Made by a program: the position numbers and the translations under genes | Part shown: positions 1 through 12,662 of the stretch, piece after piece | Layout: every line of letters begins with the position of its first letter | How positions within the stretch are numbered: position 1 is the stretch's first letter | From: Mesotaenium endlicherianum | Taxonomy: Eukaryota | DNA: 38,120 nucleotides | Assembly: GCA_009602735.1 (NCBI GenBank) | Contig: WELA01000694.1 | Coordinates: 597,042 to 635,161, forward strand | Reading direction: 5' to 3' | Notes under the pieces: generated by a model | What the model saw: only the letters and a program-made list of their open reading frames with translations | Told to the model about the DNA's origin: nothing | Database searches by the model: none

Positions 1-295
1 CCCCCGGGGCTTAAATCCCTTTCCCCGACTGGCATCGTACTGGGGCTGCGTCGGTCGCTCTGGGACTCAAACAAAACCTCCTCGGGCTCTCGCAGGCAAT
101 ACCTTGCTCCCTATCTCTCATCTGCCAGTCTACCCAACCCTAAAACCCTTGCCCCCTGCTTTCACCCCTCTCAAACCCTGCCCCTCACAAATTCTAGGGC
201 CGGGCGAGCTACCTCTGACTGTGAGTAACTACAGCCTGGGCTGTTGCGGCATCCCACTCTCTTGTGGGGGGGGGTGTGGGGGCGCACGCGTGCAG

Positions 296-3200
296 GCTTG
301 AGCCCGGCCCAGGTGGTGGCAGCCGACATCGAGTACCTGCGCCAGCTGGCGGGCTACGCTCGGCAAGTGCTCGACACCTGGAAGGTGCCCCTGCAGCTGG
401 CCTATGACCCCGACGACGTCGGCGCCTACTTCTTCCGGCGCCCGCACCTGCTGCTTCTCCGCCTCCTCCAGGTATGTGTCTCTATGTGTGTGTGTGTGTG
501 TATGTGTGTGTGTGAGTGTGTGTGTGTGTGTGTGTTTATGTGCGCGCGCGCTGTGTCTGTGCGCACACGCATGTCTGCCTGCGCACTCCAGCGCTTTGCA
601 GTTGGAGGGAGTTGTTTGACTCTGGGGAACTGAAGGGGGGGAATAAGGTGGGGAAGGGGAGGGAAGGCTGCCGTGCTTGCCTTGCATGCGAAGGCGCCCG
701 TCGTTCGTTGCAGGGACAGGATGGACGCATTGATGCCACAAGGAGCCTCCGCCGGCCGCCCAGAAGCTCCCCTTTGCCTGAAGGCTCACACAATCCCCTG
801 GTGCTGCGGCCGCACCCATGGATGACAAAAAGAGAATCAGAAATGGTTTCCAAACAGGGTTAATGTTGCGAAGGCCCCCGCAGCTCCTCCGGGGACACGT
901 GTCCCTGTTACGTGCCTGATAGGGCAAAAGGAGGAGGGGTTTTGCGTGGGTGATGGGCGAGGAGGCCTGCAGCTCAGGAGGCAAGCAGCAAGCATCTGAG
1001 GGGATGCCGGGAGGGGGCGCCCGGGGGGGGAGGATGGGGGAAGAGGGCGGGGTGGGGCAGCTCCTTTCATTGGGCCCTTCAGCTTGTGCGCTTGCCAGCA
1101 GCGCGAGAGAGAGGTGTTCTGTTGACCTATATCACTTGAGCGCCAGGGGGGGTGGGGAGGGGGGAGACGAGGGCCACGTTGAGTGAGGCAGGGTACAGCT
1201 CCGCACCTGCCACCTGGCGCACACACAGCTGGCGAGGTGGGGTACGGTCATTCCTTGCGCCTACTTGCGCCCTCCTGCTTGATCGTGGCACGCACGTGTG
1301 CATGCGTGCGCCAGCTCGCCAGCTCGCCAGCTCATCCGCCTGACGCAATTACGCGGCGGTCCCGCTGCCTCTGCGTGCCTGCCGACTCTGCTCCTCCTCT
1401 GCGTGCCAGGTGGCAGCGGCCCTGGCCCCCGTGGGCACGTCCCTGCTGTCGGACAAGTCGCTGCTGCGGGAGGGCTGGTCGCGCGCGCAGATCAATGCCA
1501 TGAAGGGCGACGGCTCCACCGCCGCCCGCCTCAAGCGCGCGCTCGTCGGCCTCGGCCCCACATTCATCAAGGGTGCGCGCGCCCTGCCCCTCCTTGCCCA
1601 CGAGCGCGCACGCGCACACGCACAAACAAAGAGCGGGCCTTGCGAGCACTCCTGTCTGAGCGCTGCTCCATCTGTAGTAATCTGTGGCATGCTTGCTTTT
1701 GATGTGCCACGAGTTCTCCGACGCATAACTTTTCCTTTTCTGTAAAAGCCAGAACGTATGCCCTATGAGTTAGAGATCCACCAATGAGGGAGTGCGCCAA
1801 CACGCTCTCTTCAATGGTGACGTGGACGCTGACGGGGACTGGGACACGGTGGGCGGCGGGGGGGGTGCAGTGGCGCAGTCGCTGTCAGCCCGCCCGGACC
1901 TCATTGGGCCGTATGCCGCCAACGTACGTACGCTTACGCACACGCTAACCCCCAAGATACCTGCTCTCCCCCCCTTCCCCCGATGCCCCCCATGCCTGCT
2001 CTCCCCCGCCCCCTTGCCTTCCCCCCCCTCCTCCCTCCCGTTGCAGCTGCAAGATGGAACGCCCCTCTGTGTGCACCACATGAGCTTGCCACCTTGCCAG
2101 CTGTGGGTCCTACTTTCAAATCAAAAGGACGTTGCTCTTGACCCTTGTACTTTTCCTCTAGCAATTAGGAGACTGCCAATGTGCGGCCATTGAGACCAGC
2201 CGCACCGCCGCCGCNTCTGTTGACCTATATCACTTGAGCGCCAGGGGGGGTGGGGAGGGGGGAGACGAGGGCCACGTTGAGTGAGGCAGGGTACAGCTCC
2301 GCACCTGCCACCTGGCGCACACACAGCTGGCGAGGTGGGGTACGGTCATTCCTTGCGCCTACTTGCGCCCTCCTGCTTGATCGTGGCACGCACGTGTGCA
2401 TGCGTGCGCCAGCTCGCCAGCTCGCCAGCTCATCCGCCTGACGCAATTACGCGGCGGTCCCGCTGCCTCTGCGTGCCTGCCGACTCTGCTCCTCCTCTGC
2501 GTGCCAGGTGGCAGCGGCCCTGGCCCCCGTGGGCACGTCCCTGCTGTCGGACAAGTCGCTGCTGCGGGAGGGCTGGTCGCGCGCGCAGATCAATGCCATG
2601 AAGGGCGACGGCTCCACCGCCGCCCGCCTCAAGCGCGCGCTCGTCGGCCTCGGCCCCACATTCATCAAGGGTGCGCGCGCCCTGCCCCTCCTTGCCCACG
2701 AGCGCGCACGCGCACACGCACAAACAAAGAGCGGGCCTTGCGAGCACTCCTGTCTGAGCGCTGCTCCATCTGTAGTAATCTGTGGCATGCTTGCTTTTGA
2801 TGTGCCACGAGTTCTCCGACGCATAACTTTTCCTTTTCTGTAAAAGCCAGAACGTATGCCCTATGAGTTAGAGATCCACCAATGAGGGAGTGCGCCAACA
2901 CGCTCTCTTCAATGGTGACGTGGACGCTGACGGGGACTGGGACACGGTGGGCGGCGGGGGGGGTGCAGTGGCGCAGTCGCTGTCAGCCCGCCCGGACCTC
3001 ATTGGGCCGTATGCCGCCAACGTACGTACGCTTACGCACACGCTAACCCCCAAGATACCTGCTCTCCCCCCCTTCCCCCGATGCCCCCCATGCCTGCTCT
3101 CCCCCGCCCCCTTGCCTTCCCCCCCCTCCTCCCTCCCGTTGCAGCTGCAAGATGGAACGCCCCTCTGTGTGCACCACATGAGCTTGCCACCTTGCCAGCT

Positions 3201-6200
3201 GTGGGTCCTACTTTCAAATCAAAAGGACGTTGCTCTTGACCCTTGTACTTTTCCTCTAGCAATTAGGAGACTGCCAATGTGCGGCCATTGAGACCAGCCG
3301 CACCGCCGCCGCCGCCGCCGCTGCTGCCACTGCTGCTGCTACTGTTGGCATTGCTCTTGGCAGGAAAGCTAGGAGGACGTCCTTGAGGAGGAGCCCCCCC
3401 CCATCTCTATCCTCCTGGCTATAGCCTGCCTGGCGCTCAGCAGCCTGTGTCTTCTTGGTGCTCTCTCCCCCTCCACCAACACAAGCACGAGACAACCCAC
3501 CCCCCACCCTACCCCCCTTTCCTCTTGCCCCAAAGCATTCCAAGGGGGAGCCACCCACGCCTCTGAGGTTTTGCAGTGTGCCTTCTTCCCTGTGGGGCGC
3601 TGTGGTGTGGTGGTGGTCGGGTGCAGATACTTGCGGAGCTGCAGGACCGCCTGCCACCGTTTCCAACGGAGCAAGCGCTTGCGCTCGTGGAGCAGGAGCT
3701 GGGCCGCCCTGTGGAGGCCGTCTTCTCGCACCTCTCCCCGGAGCCTGTCGCGGCCGCCTCCTTTGGCCAGGTGTCGTGCTCTCTTGCAGACACTTGCTCG
3801 ATTCTTATGCAGCGCTGCTTGAGCTCGGGGAGGAGGGTCAAAAATGTAGGACAAGGAGAGGAGAGGAAGGGAGGAAGGGCAAGGAGAGAGAGAGAGCCTC
3901 GGGGGCCAGGGAGAGAGGAGGGGAGAAAGAGGGACGGGAAGCCGCAGAAAGGCGGCTTGCAGTTCAACTCTGCCATCAAACCACTGTCACGGAATGGAGG
4001 CCGTAGGACCCCACGCCGGTGCATCGGCAGCAGCCTGTCTTCCAAGGTCAGGGAGCGACAAGCAGTGTCGCCAGNGATGCTGCATAGGGGGCGCTGCCCG
4101 CGCACCCAACCTCGGTTCCAGCAGCAGCATGCCCCTTTGCGTCACAGTGTCCTCGTGCGCACGCATCGAGTGGAAAGGAATGCACCAGCTTGAAGCTCCC
4201 CAGGTGTGAACGCACAGCTCTCTGTCGTCAAGCAGCACGGACCCCCTAACGTCATTTTCTGAGAAGCATAATGTCGCTGGAAGCTTCCTGATTACTCTGA
4301 CGTACCTACACGTGCATGATGGTGTGTGTGTGTGTGTGTGTCTGCGCGCGCGCGTGTGTGTGCGTGTGTGTGTGTCTCTGAGTATGCGTCCGCGTCCGCG
4401 TGTGTGCGTGCGCGCATGGCGGTGGGTGCGGCTGCAGCTGGGGCTGCTGAGGAAAGTGGCGCGAATCAACAGCGACCTGAGGGTGCTGGCGGACGAGCTG
4501 GGCAGGGGCCTCTACGGCGAGCTGGACTATCGACAGGAGGCCAGCAATGCGCAGGAGTTTGCGGTACATGCGACGTCACCTCCCACGTGCATACGACACC
4601 TGTCCATTGCGCGCCAAGAGCTGCTCGAGCTGGCTGCTTAGCCGCCACCTAGTGGCTCGCTCTCGCTGGCTGCCTGCCTGGCTGCCCGGATCATATCTTC
4701 TAGACAATCCCTTAGCGGCAGCCTGCCTGCTTCTGCCACGTGGCGCGTCGTCGCTGGATGTTAGATTCTAGCGTGCTCCTCCTCAGATCGCGAAGATGCT
4801 CTTTTCGTCTTCGTGCGCCAAGCATCTGATGCTCGCAGTCTTTCGTGGGGATGTTGCTCCGGAGAATCGGGGAGTAGGACTGGCCGGGCTCTGCTTGCAG
4901 GCGACTGCACTTGTACTTACTCGCAGCGGCCTTCCCCATCAGAAGGGGCGCAGGGAGGGAGGCAGCAACTGTTAGTGCGCGTGCTTGCTTGCACCCGGGA
5001 TGAGCACATGCACACCTCTGCTCTCCTCTCCGGCCTCCGCTGCCCCGCTAGCCTGCCCTCTCCCCCCCCCCCCCCCCCCCCNNNNNNNNNNNNNNNNNCC
5101 CCCCCCCCCCCCCCCCCCCCCGGGGGTCTGAAAGCGTGAGGGGGGCATTATCAATCCCGGGCCTGTCAGCTGCTGCTGCTCGTTAGTGCTCCCCCGCCTG
5201 GCCGTGCGCGGCCCCCCTCTCTCTCTGTTTTATGGCTCGGAAGGTTTCACCACTGAATTACCACTGCCAGGTTGGTGTGCACGGCTATATGGGGGCACCC
5301 TTTGTGGGAGCCTCGCAGATCATGCTTCTCCCTCCCCGCTCTTTCTTTGTCAGATACCCTAAACACCGATCCCTCTCCTCTGCGAGGAGCACTAGCTCTG
5401 ATTACCTGCTCCCCCCTCCCCTTCCGCCCCCTCCCCCTCCCCCCTTTCACTTATTAAGGCGTAGGGATTCAATCCCCTTTGCTGATAGAGCATACACGTG
5501 TGCGTGTGTGAGTGTGCGTGTGTGCGTGTGCATGTGCGTGTGTCTGTGAGAGAGGGAGGGAGCAGGCTCTGCACGCTCATCTCCCCGAGGTGCTGGTGCC
5601 GGCTGTGCGGCTGGACTTGACAACGAGGCGCGTGCTCACCATGGAGTGGGTGAATGGGGAGCGGCCTTCGGACCTGCTGGCACTGCTACAGTCGCGCCAG
5701 GTGGTAACAACCCACACTGAGAGGCTGCTGGCGGAGAGAAAGCTTCTCAACTTGGTGCGCCCTCCTCCTGCTCTTTTTGCTCCTGCTCCTCCTCCTCCTC
5801 CTCCTGCTCTTCTTGTTCCTGCTCCTGCTCCTGCTCCTCTTCCTCCTCCTCTTTCTTCTTGCTCCTGCTCCTGCTCCTGCTCCTGTTCCTGTTCCTGTTC
5901 CTGCTCCACCTCCTGCTCCTGCTCCTCCTCTTGTGTTCCGAGGATCTTAAGTAGCGCCGTCTCCTTTAATCTGATGTGGCAGGTACGGGTGGGCGTGGAG
6001 TCATCGCTGGTGCAACTGCTGGACACAGGTGTCATGCACGCGGACCCCCACCCGGGCAACTTCCTCATCACGCCTTCCGGCCACGTGGCGTACGGTGCCT
6101 GCACTCTCTCCCTCTCTCTCGCTCTCTTTCTTTGTTTCTCTCTCCCTTTCTCCCTCTCTGTCTCCCCCCACCCCCCCCTTCTAATACACGGACTCAAGTC

Positions 6201-7639
6201 TCACCAGATGTCTCGCAAGCTAATGTCAAGGATGTGTGATGCAAAAGTGTGTGCACCAGAGTGAAATCATTTCTCTTCCCGAGAGAGGATAACCACTTTA
6301 CTGCAAGGCCAGGGTGGCCCCAATTCTGAAAGACGAGCTCACAGACACAACCCCCCCCCTGCTACCCTCCCACACGAACTCGTCCCCCAAGTTCAGCACA
6401 TGTTCAGACTCGCATCCACATGCCCACACGCGCTCACTCGTGCCTATGCACTTACATTCTCACAAGGAAGCCTTCCCGTTTTGCACACTCGTCCGGTCGG
6501 GTTCGGCTCACTTCTGTGCCGAGCCTGGAGCCTCTGATGGCGCGCGCCCCCCGCCTCTGTGTGTCGCTCAGCACGCAGCCGCACACCTGTCGGCGGGTCA
6601 CTTGGTCAGCTCTGGGGCACGGGGGATGGCTCGCTGACTCGTCTCGTGGGCCAAGATTAACTGACCCATGTTCCCGCCTGGACATTCGATTTTTATGCCT
6701 GATATAAGCACTGCGCTGGTCAAGGCTCTGAGGCAGAAAGTGCATCTGTACCTATGCGTGCGTGTCTGCATGTGGAGTTATCAACATACATATACATGTA
6801 CGTATATTTGTATATATATGTATATATTTATTTATTTATTTATTTATTTATTTATGTATCTATTCATTTATTTATTTAATTATATTTAATTTGAGTGCGT
6901 GTAGATACTTATGTATATTGCTGTGTATGAAATCTACAAATGCATGTACACATGTAAGTGTGTCTACATTCCTCGTGCATACGCGTGTACCATATGCAAC
7001 CTTTTGCAATGGAGAGGCAGGTGCAGATACTGGGCCGCCGTTCACTTTCAGCTGGCCACATGGGGCAAGGAGCTGCTGCTGGTGGGACGCAGCAGTTAAG
7101 GAGGTGCTCTCTTGCACTTGGGCCTCACATGTCTCGTTGGTAATGCTCATTGTGACGCTCCATGCAATGATCATTGCAGCTCCATGCATGCATGCATCCT
7201 AAGACCCTCAAGCATCTGTGTGTGTGTGTGTGTTTGTGTGCGCGTGCGTGTATGCGTGCTCGTGCGTGTGGAGGGATGCGCGGGGCGCAGGTACCTGGAC
7301 TTTGGGCTGCTGTGCCGGCTGGAGGCGCGGCACTCGGCGGCCATGCTGGCAGCCATCGCGCACCTGGTGAACGCAGAGTGGGCGCTGCTCACGCAGGACC
7401 TGGACGCCATGGACGTGCTCAAGCCCTCCACCGACCGCCGCGCCATCACCCAGGTGCTGGGCTCGCTCTCTTGTGCGCTGCTGCTGTGGCGGGCTCCCCT
7501 TGTAACCCCGCACATGTACTCTGTGGGCTCTGCACGCACGCGCTCGCACGTGTGTTGTGTGCGTGTGTGTGTCAAGGAGAGAGATGGAGAGAGAGGGGAA
7601 TTGTGTTTGTACACCCCCTCCCTTCCCTCCCTTTCCCTC

Positions 7640-7684
<45 letters not shown>

Positions 7685-9927
7685 CACCTCTCGCTGGAGG
7701 AGTGTGCCCCTGGGGGGTCTATCCAGCTGTGCTCACAAGACGCCTGGGCGCGGCCGTGTCTACGAGTGAGGGGTTTGTGTGGGACAGGCTCTGGAACAAG
7801 CGTTGGGGGCGGGCCCCACAGCCGTCGTCAAGGACGGCATTCCCAACATCAACTTTGGCCAGGTGCGCGTGCCCTGCCATGCCAGCACCTGCATTCTCGT
7901 GCCTGCTATGCCTGCTCAATGTCGCGTGTGTCGGAGGAGGATGTTGGGGGAGCCGGAGAGGGGAGGAGCCACCTCCCTGCTAGACGCGCGCACTCAGGAA
8001 GAAAACAAGAGGTGCCCAGAGGGCGGCGGCTCCTCCGCGTGCGTGGCCCGGCCGTCTGGCTCTCCCCTTGGCCTCTCTGCCGCTTTGGTCTCTGAAGCTG
8101 GGGCGTCTCCCGCCTTCCCTCCCTCCCGTCCTCCCTCCCTCTCAGGCCCTGCTAGCGGCGCTTGCTTTGCCGCTTGTGGGCGACGTGACTGTGTATGTCA
8201 CGCCTGTCTCACCCTGGCTGCCTGCTGCTGCTTGCATCTCTCGCGGCTTCTCTCGTCTTGCCTCAGCTGGAGCTCCTCTGACCGGCTGGCCGTTGCGGTC
8301 GCTCGTCGTGGCCCGGGGGGGGAATGGAGCAGGTGACGAGCGAGCTGTGGAAGATCGCGCTGCGCTTCCGCTTCAAGCTGCCGCCCTACTACACGCTGGT
8401 GCTGCGCTCGCTGGCGTCGCTCGAGGGTGGGTCTGTTGGCCCCCGCAGCTCCAAGCGCTGGCAACCCTTAGGCCCTGTGCCCTTCCTGCTGTCGCGGCGC
8501 TCCCTCGCGGTGCTCACGACAGCCAGGGTACCGGCGCCTCGGATGGGATCCCTCAGGATTCTGGAACAGGCAGGCCTGAAGCCCCACCACTGGGCAGGCC
8601 TTCCCACGCTCAGTGGCGGGGTTTAAACTTGCAGCCGATTCTTTTACGCCAAAAAACTTCTCTGGGGTCACGTGTTTTAAAATGCCTTGCTCGCATTTAA
8701 CCCTACTCGCGGGATGTGTTTGGGTCAGCACGTCTTTGTCTTATTTGGGTAGGAAAGTGTGCGTGTTTACGTGCATGCGCGTACGCATGCATGCATTGAA
8801 AAGCGCGTGCATCAGGGACATGTGAAGACATAGTCAAGCTTGAAGCAGGGACTCTAAATCTTGCATGCACAGTATACTCCGCAGAACTGACTTCGTGTGC
8901 ACTCGTCAATGACGGCCGCGAGCTCAATATCAAATTTATGGAACAAGTCAGCATATCGGTTCGTGTTTGTGTAAACTCAACCTCAAAGAAATTGCAAGAG
9001 CGCATGCACGTGTAAGTCCGTGCACTCATGCGAGTGCCTGCTGACCATAAACTGCCAACCATGAGACTGTCCAACATTCCTTACGTAGTACTCTGAACAA
9101 AAGCGTCTGAAATTCTCTTCCATCTGGGTTGCTCTCTCTCTCTGGCTCTCTCTCTGTGTGGGGTGGGGGGGGGAGCAGGGATCGGGCTGGCGGTGGACCC
9201 CGGCTTCAAGGTGTTTGCGTACGCCTACCCGTACGTGCTGCGCCGCCTGCTCACCAACAATAGCCCCTCATCTCGGGCCGTGCTCCGCCAGGTGGCGCTC
9301 TCTCCCTCTCCTTCTCCCTCTTCCCTCCCCTACCCTTCCACGTCCCATCTTCAGGTTCTCGTCTGCTGGGCCAGCGTGCGGACGTCACGTCGTATCCTCA
9401 TGTTGCCGGGCTGTGCAGCCCCTTGGCTCCTAGTGCTCGAAAAAAAGGACCCGCAGCTGTGGGTGGCCGTGCCATATCCATGCCCTGCCAAGCTGGCAGG
9501 GGGCCAGCCCAATTCCACTCATATGGGTCTTGAGCCCCCCCCCCCTTCCCCCCCTCCCTTTTTGTTTTCTGCAAATGTGCGTCTGTGTGCTTTCCTTGGG
9601 TCCTTGAGAGTGCTCACAGCTTGCATTCTGCAGGCGCCTGAGCAGCCTCGTTGACCCCCAGCTACGTCGGGGCTGCAGCTGTGCCGGTGCCCTTTCCGAC
9701 TGGGGGCTCTGTGTGCGCGCATGCCTGCCAGCTGGATGCCGTGGAAGACCGCTGATGACGTGGGGCTGCTTCCGGATCGTGCGTTTTTTAGACAAGTAGT
9801 TCTGGCGGGCTTGCAGCGGATTTTCTTGTCGACAAGCATTGGCACGTACAAGTGCCCGTTCTGTACGTTTTCCTCTAGCTGTTAATAATCTCTTCATCTC
9901 ATATTGGGTGCGCCCACGCGCGCGCGC

Positions 9928-9972
<45 letters not shown>

Positions 9973-12662
9973 TTTTCCGCATTTTTGTGCGGGAGCAAGC
10001 AGTTGGTGTTGACAGAGGACGGGGGGCTGAGGTGGGGCCGCCTGGCTGCCTTTGCCAGCCGCTCCAAGCAAGCTGCTGTGTAAGCACGCCCACCTGCCGC
10101 CCGCTTTCCCCGGCCCCATCTATTCCTCCACGCCCAGAGCTCAAGTTCACAACCCTTTGGTCGTGGCGAGTTGCAATGCCAGGACCCCAAGTCAAGTACT
10201 TAGCAACAAAGGGACGCCGACGACATGCCGGCTCCGCTTGCAGCACCACCCCGCGCTCATCCCAAGGCTGCACAGGAGGGCTGCACTTCACCTTGCCCCC
10301 CCCCCCCCNNNNNNNNNNNNNNNNNNNNNNNNNNNNNNNNNNNNNNNNNNNNNNNNNNNNNNNNNNNNNNNNNNNNNNNNNNNNNNNNNNNNNNNNNNNN
10401 NNNNNNNNNNNNNNNNNNNNNNNNNNNNNNNNNNNNNNNNNNNNNNNNNNNNNNNNNNNNNNNNNNNNNNNNNNNNNNNNNNNNNNNNNNNNNNNNNNNN
10501 NNNNNNNNNNNNNNNNNNNNNNNNNNNNNNNNNNNNNNNNNNNNNNNNNNNNNNNNNNNNNNNNNNNNNNNNNNNNNNNNNNNNNNNNNNNNNNNNNNNN
10601 NNNNNNNNNNNNNNNNNNNNNNNNNNNNNNNNNNNNNNNNNNNNNNNNNNNNNNNNNNNNNNNNNNNNNNNNNNNNNNNNNNNNNNNNNNNNNNNNNNNN
10701 NNNNNNNNNNNNNNNNNNNNNNNNNNNNNNNNNNNNNNNNNNNNNNNNNNNNNNNNNNNNNNNNNNNNNNNNNNNNNNNNNNNNNNNNNNNNNNNNNNNN
10801 NNNNNNNNNNNNNNNNNNNNNNNNNNNNNNNNNNNNNNNNNNNNNNNNNNNNNNNNNNNNNNNNNNNNNNNNNNNNNNNNNNNNNNNNNNNNNNNNNNNN
10901 NNNNNNNNNNNNNNNNNNNNNNNNNNNNNNNNNNNNNNNNNNNNNNNAAGAAATCCTACAGAAGAAAGGCCCCCGGGTCTCCTCCTCCCCGCCCCTGCCC
11001 CCATTGTTGGGAGGGCCCCCGTCACTTCCCTCCTCTTTTGGGGCTATTTGATACGCGCGAGCTCTTTCTTTGGAGGTTAGCATGTGATCATTGCAAAGCC
11101 TATACATGAGGTTGCTGCCGTTGCTGCACCTGCAGAGCTGCAGCCGCACACGTCGGCATCGTCCTCCTGCCTACTGCCCATGCGGCGGCACGCTCTCCTG
11201 GTCATCAGAGGGTCGGCCTCGCTGGCGGCTGGCCAGGTTGAGCAAATTGATGCATATCGGCGATGCTGGGTGTCACAGCCCCTGCCTGATGAAGCTCTTC
11301 GCAGAGAAGAGTCCCAAGTTTTGTGTGCTGCTTCACGACCTCTGTCAACACAGACACACACACACACACGCACGCACACACAAAACAGCAACAACGTCGT
11401 CCCTTACCCTCGCCATGCCGCTGCTCCTCCGTTGACTATGTTCTGCACGCACGCTGGCCGGCTGTATGGCAGGCAGGATAGCTGTTGCTCTTTCCTTCAC
11501 TCATGCAACGCTTCACATAGATGCCAGGCCTGACCGTGAACTGGCTCAGCCTCGCGTCGAGGAACGCCCGTGGCTGGAAGCCTCAGGCGAGCCCTTTGCG
11601 GTCACTCTCATAGAATTCCCTGACGGAGTGAGGCGTTCCTCTGGTGTGCGGGTGCAGAACCTGTCCTCGCTGGCGGAGTCCTTCACGTCCCCGGAAGCCG
11701 CCTCCCTCAGGTGGCGCCTGGCCACGGCTCTCGCGGACGCTCTTCCGTCCCTTCTGATGACAGCGTCGCCCCCCGCCTGGCTTCAGATCCCCAAGAGGCC
11801 GAAAATGCTGAGCTCGCGCATCCACATGCTGAGCTCAGCATATCTTGCCGCCCCACCCGCTCTCCCCGGTGCCGACTCATCAGCCACTGCCAGCAGCAGC
11901 AGCAGCAGCGCACTTGTTGAGGGCGCCCCGGCAGACCCACAGAATGTGCACGTGCATGATGCACACCCCATACGAGGAGACTCCGAATTGCTGGCGCAGC
12001 CGGACGCTTCATCAGTGGGCAGCGCTCCAGCCTCCAATGCCGGCGATGAGTCTCTGCCGTCGCCTGCCGCGGCCGCAGCTGCTGCAGATCTGCAAGGACT
12101 TGCCGCAGAAGCAGCAGGAGGAGAAAACGGCGCCCTCGGGGAAGACGCACTGGCACCTGCATGGGTGGGCCCCCTGGCAACGGCGGGCACGCCGCGTGCG
12201 GGCTTGACGAGCCCAGACGACGTTGTTGGTGGCAACGTTGGAAGGGAGGTGGAGAGCAGCAGGGGCGGCGGCGGCGGCGGGGCCGCTGCGGAGCTGCCAA
12301 GTGTGAGGGAGGCGGCAAACGTGGTGGGCCTGCTGCCCCTGCCGCCACGTGGCAGCGAGCGCGTGCGCAAAAAGCGCCTCTGGTTCATGCTGCGGGCCCT
12401 GCTGGCGAGGCTCAGGTGCGGCCCGCTGCTGTCACTCAAGCTGGCCCTCGCCGCCGTAAGCGTCGTTCTGGGAGCCATCGCTCTGGCGGTGGGCAGGGCT
12501 GTGGCCGTCTTTGTGGCGCGTGTCGCCGGCCGGGAGCGCGGGAGGGCCACTGAGCCGGCCCCCGTTGACGTGGAGAGAGCACCCAATGCGGAGAGAGGAC
12601 CCACCGTTGGGTTTGAGCCAGAGCCGTACGGGCCGCCGCTGGGCCCTCCTCAGCCAGCCTAG
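296..12662 (+). CDS. ABC1K4: ABC1/UbiB atypical protein kinase, ABC1K4 (At2g39190)-like; multi-exon, 5'-partial
   Basis: GT-AG exons in consistent phase: 296-471, 1410-1572 (dup 2508-2670), 1871-1923 (dup 2969-3021), 3627-3770, [VAVK exon not seen], 4438-4563, 5566-5754, 5983-6089, 7291-7453, 7788-7862, 8333-8426, 9179-9291, 10003-10079, [gap], 11658-12662. Motifs LGPTFIK, QSLSARPDL, AAASFGQV, ELDY..EA.N, VLTMEWV, HADPHPGN, LDFG, LPPYYTLVLRSLASLEG. N-terminal 'YDPDDVGAYFFRRPH' and C-terminal hydrophobic helix resemble ABC1K4 as I recall it. Confidence 0.9.
1117..3312. repeat. tandem duplication of a ~1098-bp unit joined by a single N (probable assembly artefact)
   Basis: 1117-2214 reappears apparently identically at 2216-3312; N at 2215; the ORF track repeats with offset 1098. 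Confidence 0.9.
3627..3770 (+). CDS. ABC1K4: ABC1 kinase exon (LQDRLPPF...AAASFGQ)
   Basis: tgcag| acceptor at 3626, |gtgtcg donor at 3771; conserved ABC1 N-lobe motifs. Confidence 0.9.
5761..5930. repeat. intronic (CCT)n/(CCTGCT)n simple repeat
   Basis: directly visible; produces the spurious SCSC/EQEQ ORFs. Confidence 0.9.
5983..6089 (+). CDS. ABC1K4: ABC1 kinase catalytic-loop exon (HADPHPGN)
   Basis: ggcag| at 5982; QLLDTGVMHADPHPGNFL; phase-2 splice to the YLDFG exon at 7291. Confidence 0.92.
6808..6890. repeat. intronic (TA)n/(TATT)n microsatellite
   Basis: directly visible AT-rich run. Confidence 0.85.
7643..7681. repeat. (CT)n microsatellite
   Basis: directly visible; (TG)n tracts also at ~485-535, 4322-4375, 5497-5547, 7217-7270, 9930-9972, 15072-15124. 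Confidence 0.9.
11658..12662 (+). CDS. ABC1K4: terminal exon of the ABC1 kinase, with low-complexity insert and C-terminal hydrophobic helix
   Basis: gtgcag|AAC acceptor at 11657; NLSSLAESFTSPEAA and KRLWFMLRALL...VVLGAIALAVGR match the ABC1K4-type C-terminus; TAG at 12660-12662. Confidence 0.75.
   Translation, partial: NLSSLAESFTSPEAASLRWRLATALADALPSLLMTASPPAWLQIPKRPKMLSSRIHMLSSAYLAAPPALPGADSSATASSSSSSALVEGAPADPQNVHVHDAHPIRGDSELLAQPDASSVGSAPASNAGDESLPSPAAAAAAADLQGLAAEAAGGENGALGEDALAPAWVGPLATAGTPRAGLTSPDDVVGGNVGREVESSRGGGGGGAAAELPSVREAANVVGLLPLPPRGSERVRKKRLWFMLRALLARLRCGPLLSLKLALAAVSVVLGAIALAVGRAVAVFVARVAGRERGRATEPAPVDVERAPNAERGPTVGFEPEPYGPPLGPPQPA

Noticed and set aside
229..984. HTHT/CVCV-repeat ORFs here and elsewhere
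   Set aside because: Translations of (TG)n/(CA)n microsatellites in introns.
1117..3312. Tandem exon duplication enabling mutually exclusive splicing
   Set aside because: The copies appear identical, introns included, and are joined by a single N; typical unmerged contig overlap.
5577..6197. Minus-strand 206-aa EQEQ-repeat ORF
   Set aside because: Antisense reading of kinase exons plus an intronic simple repeat.
9899..11149. Long ORFs spanning 10309-10947
   Set aside because: Artefacts of translating through N runs.
11084..11533. Possible extra kinase exon or separate gene
   Set aside because: No recognisable motif and it contains a (CA)n repeat; the missing exon(s) probably lie in the gap.
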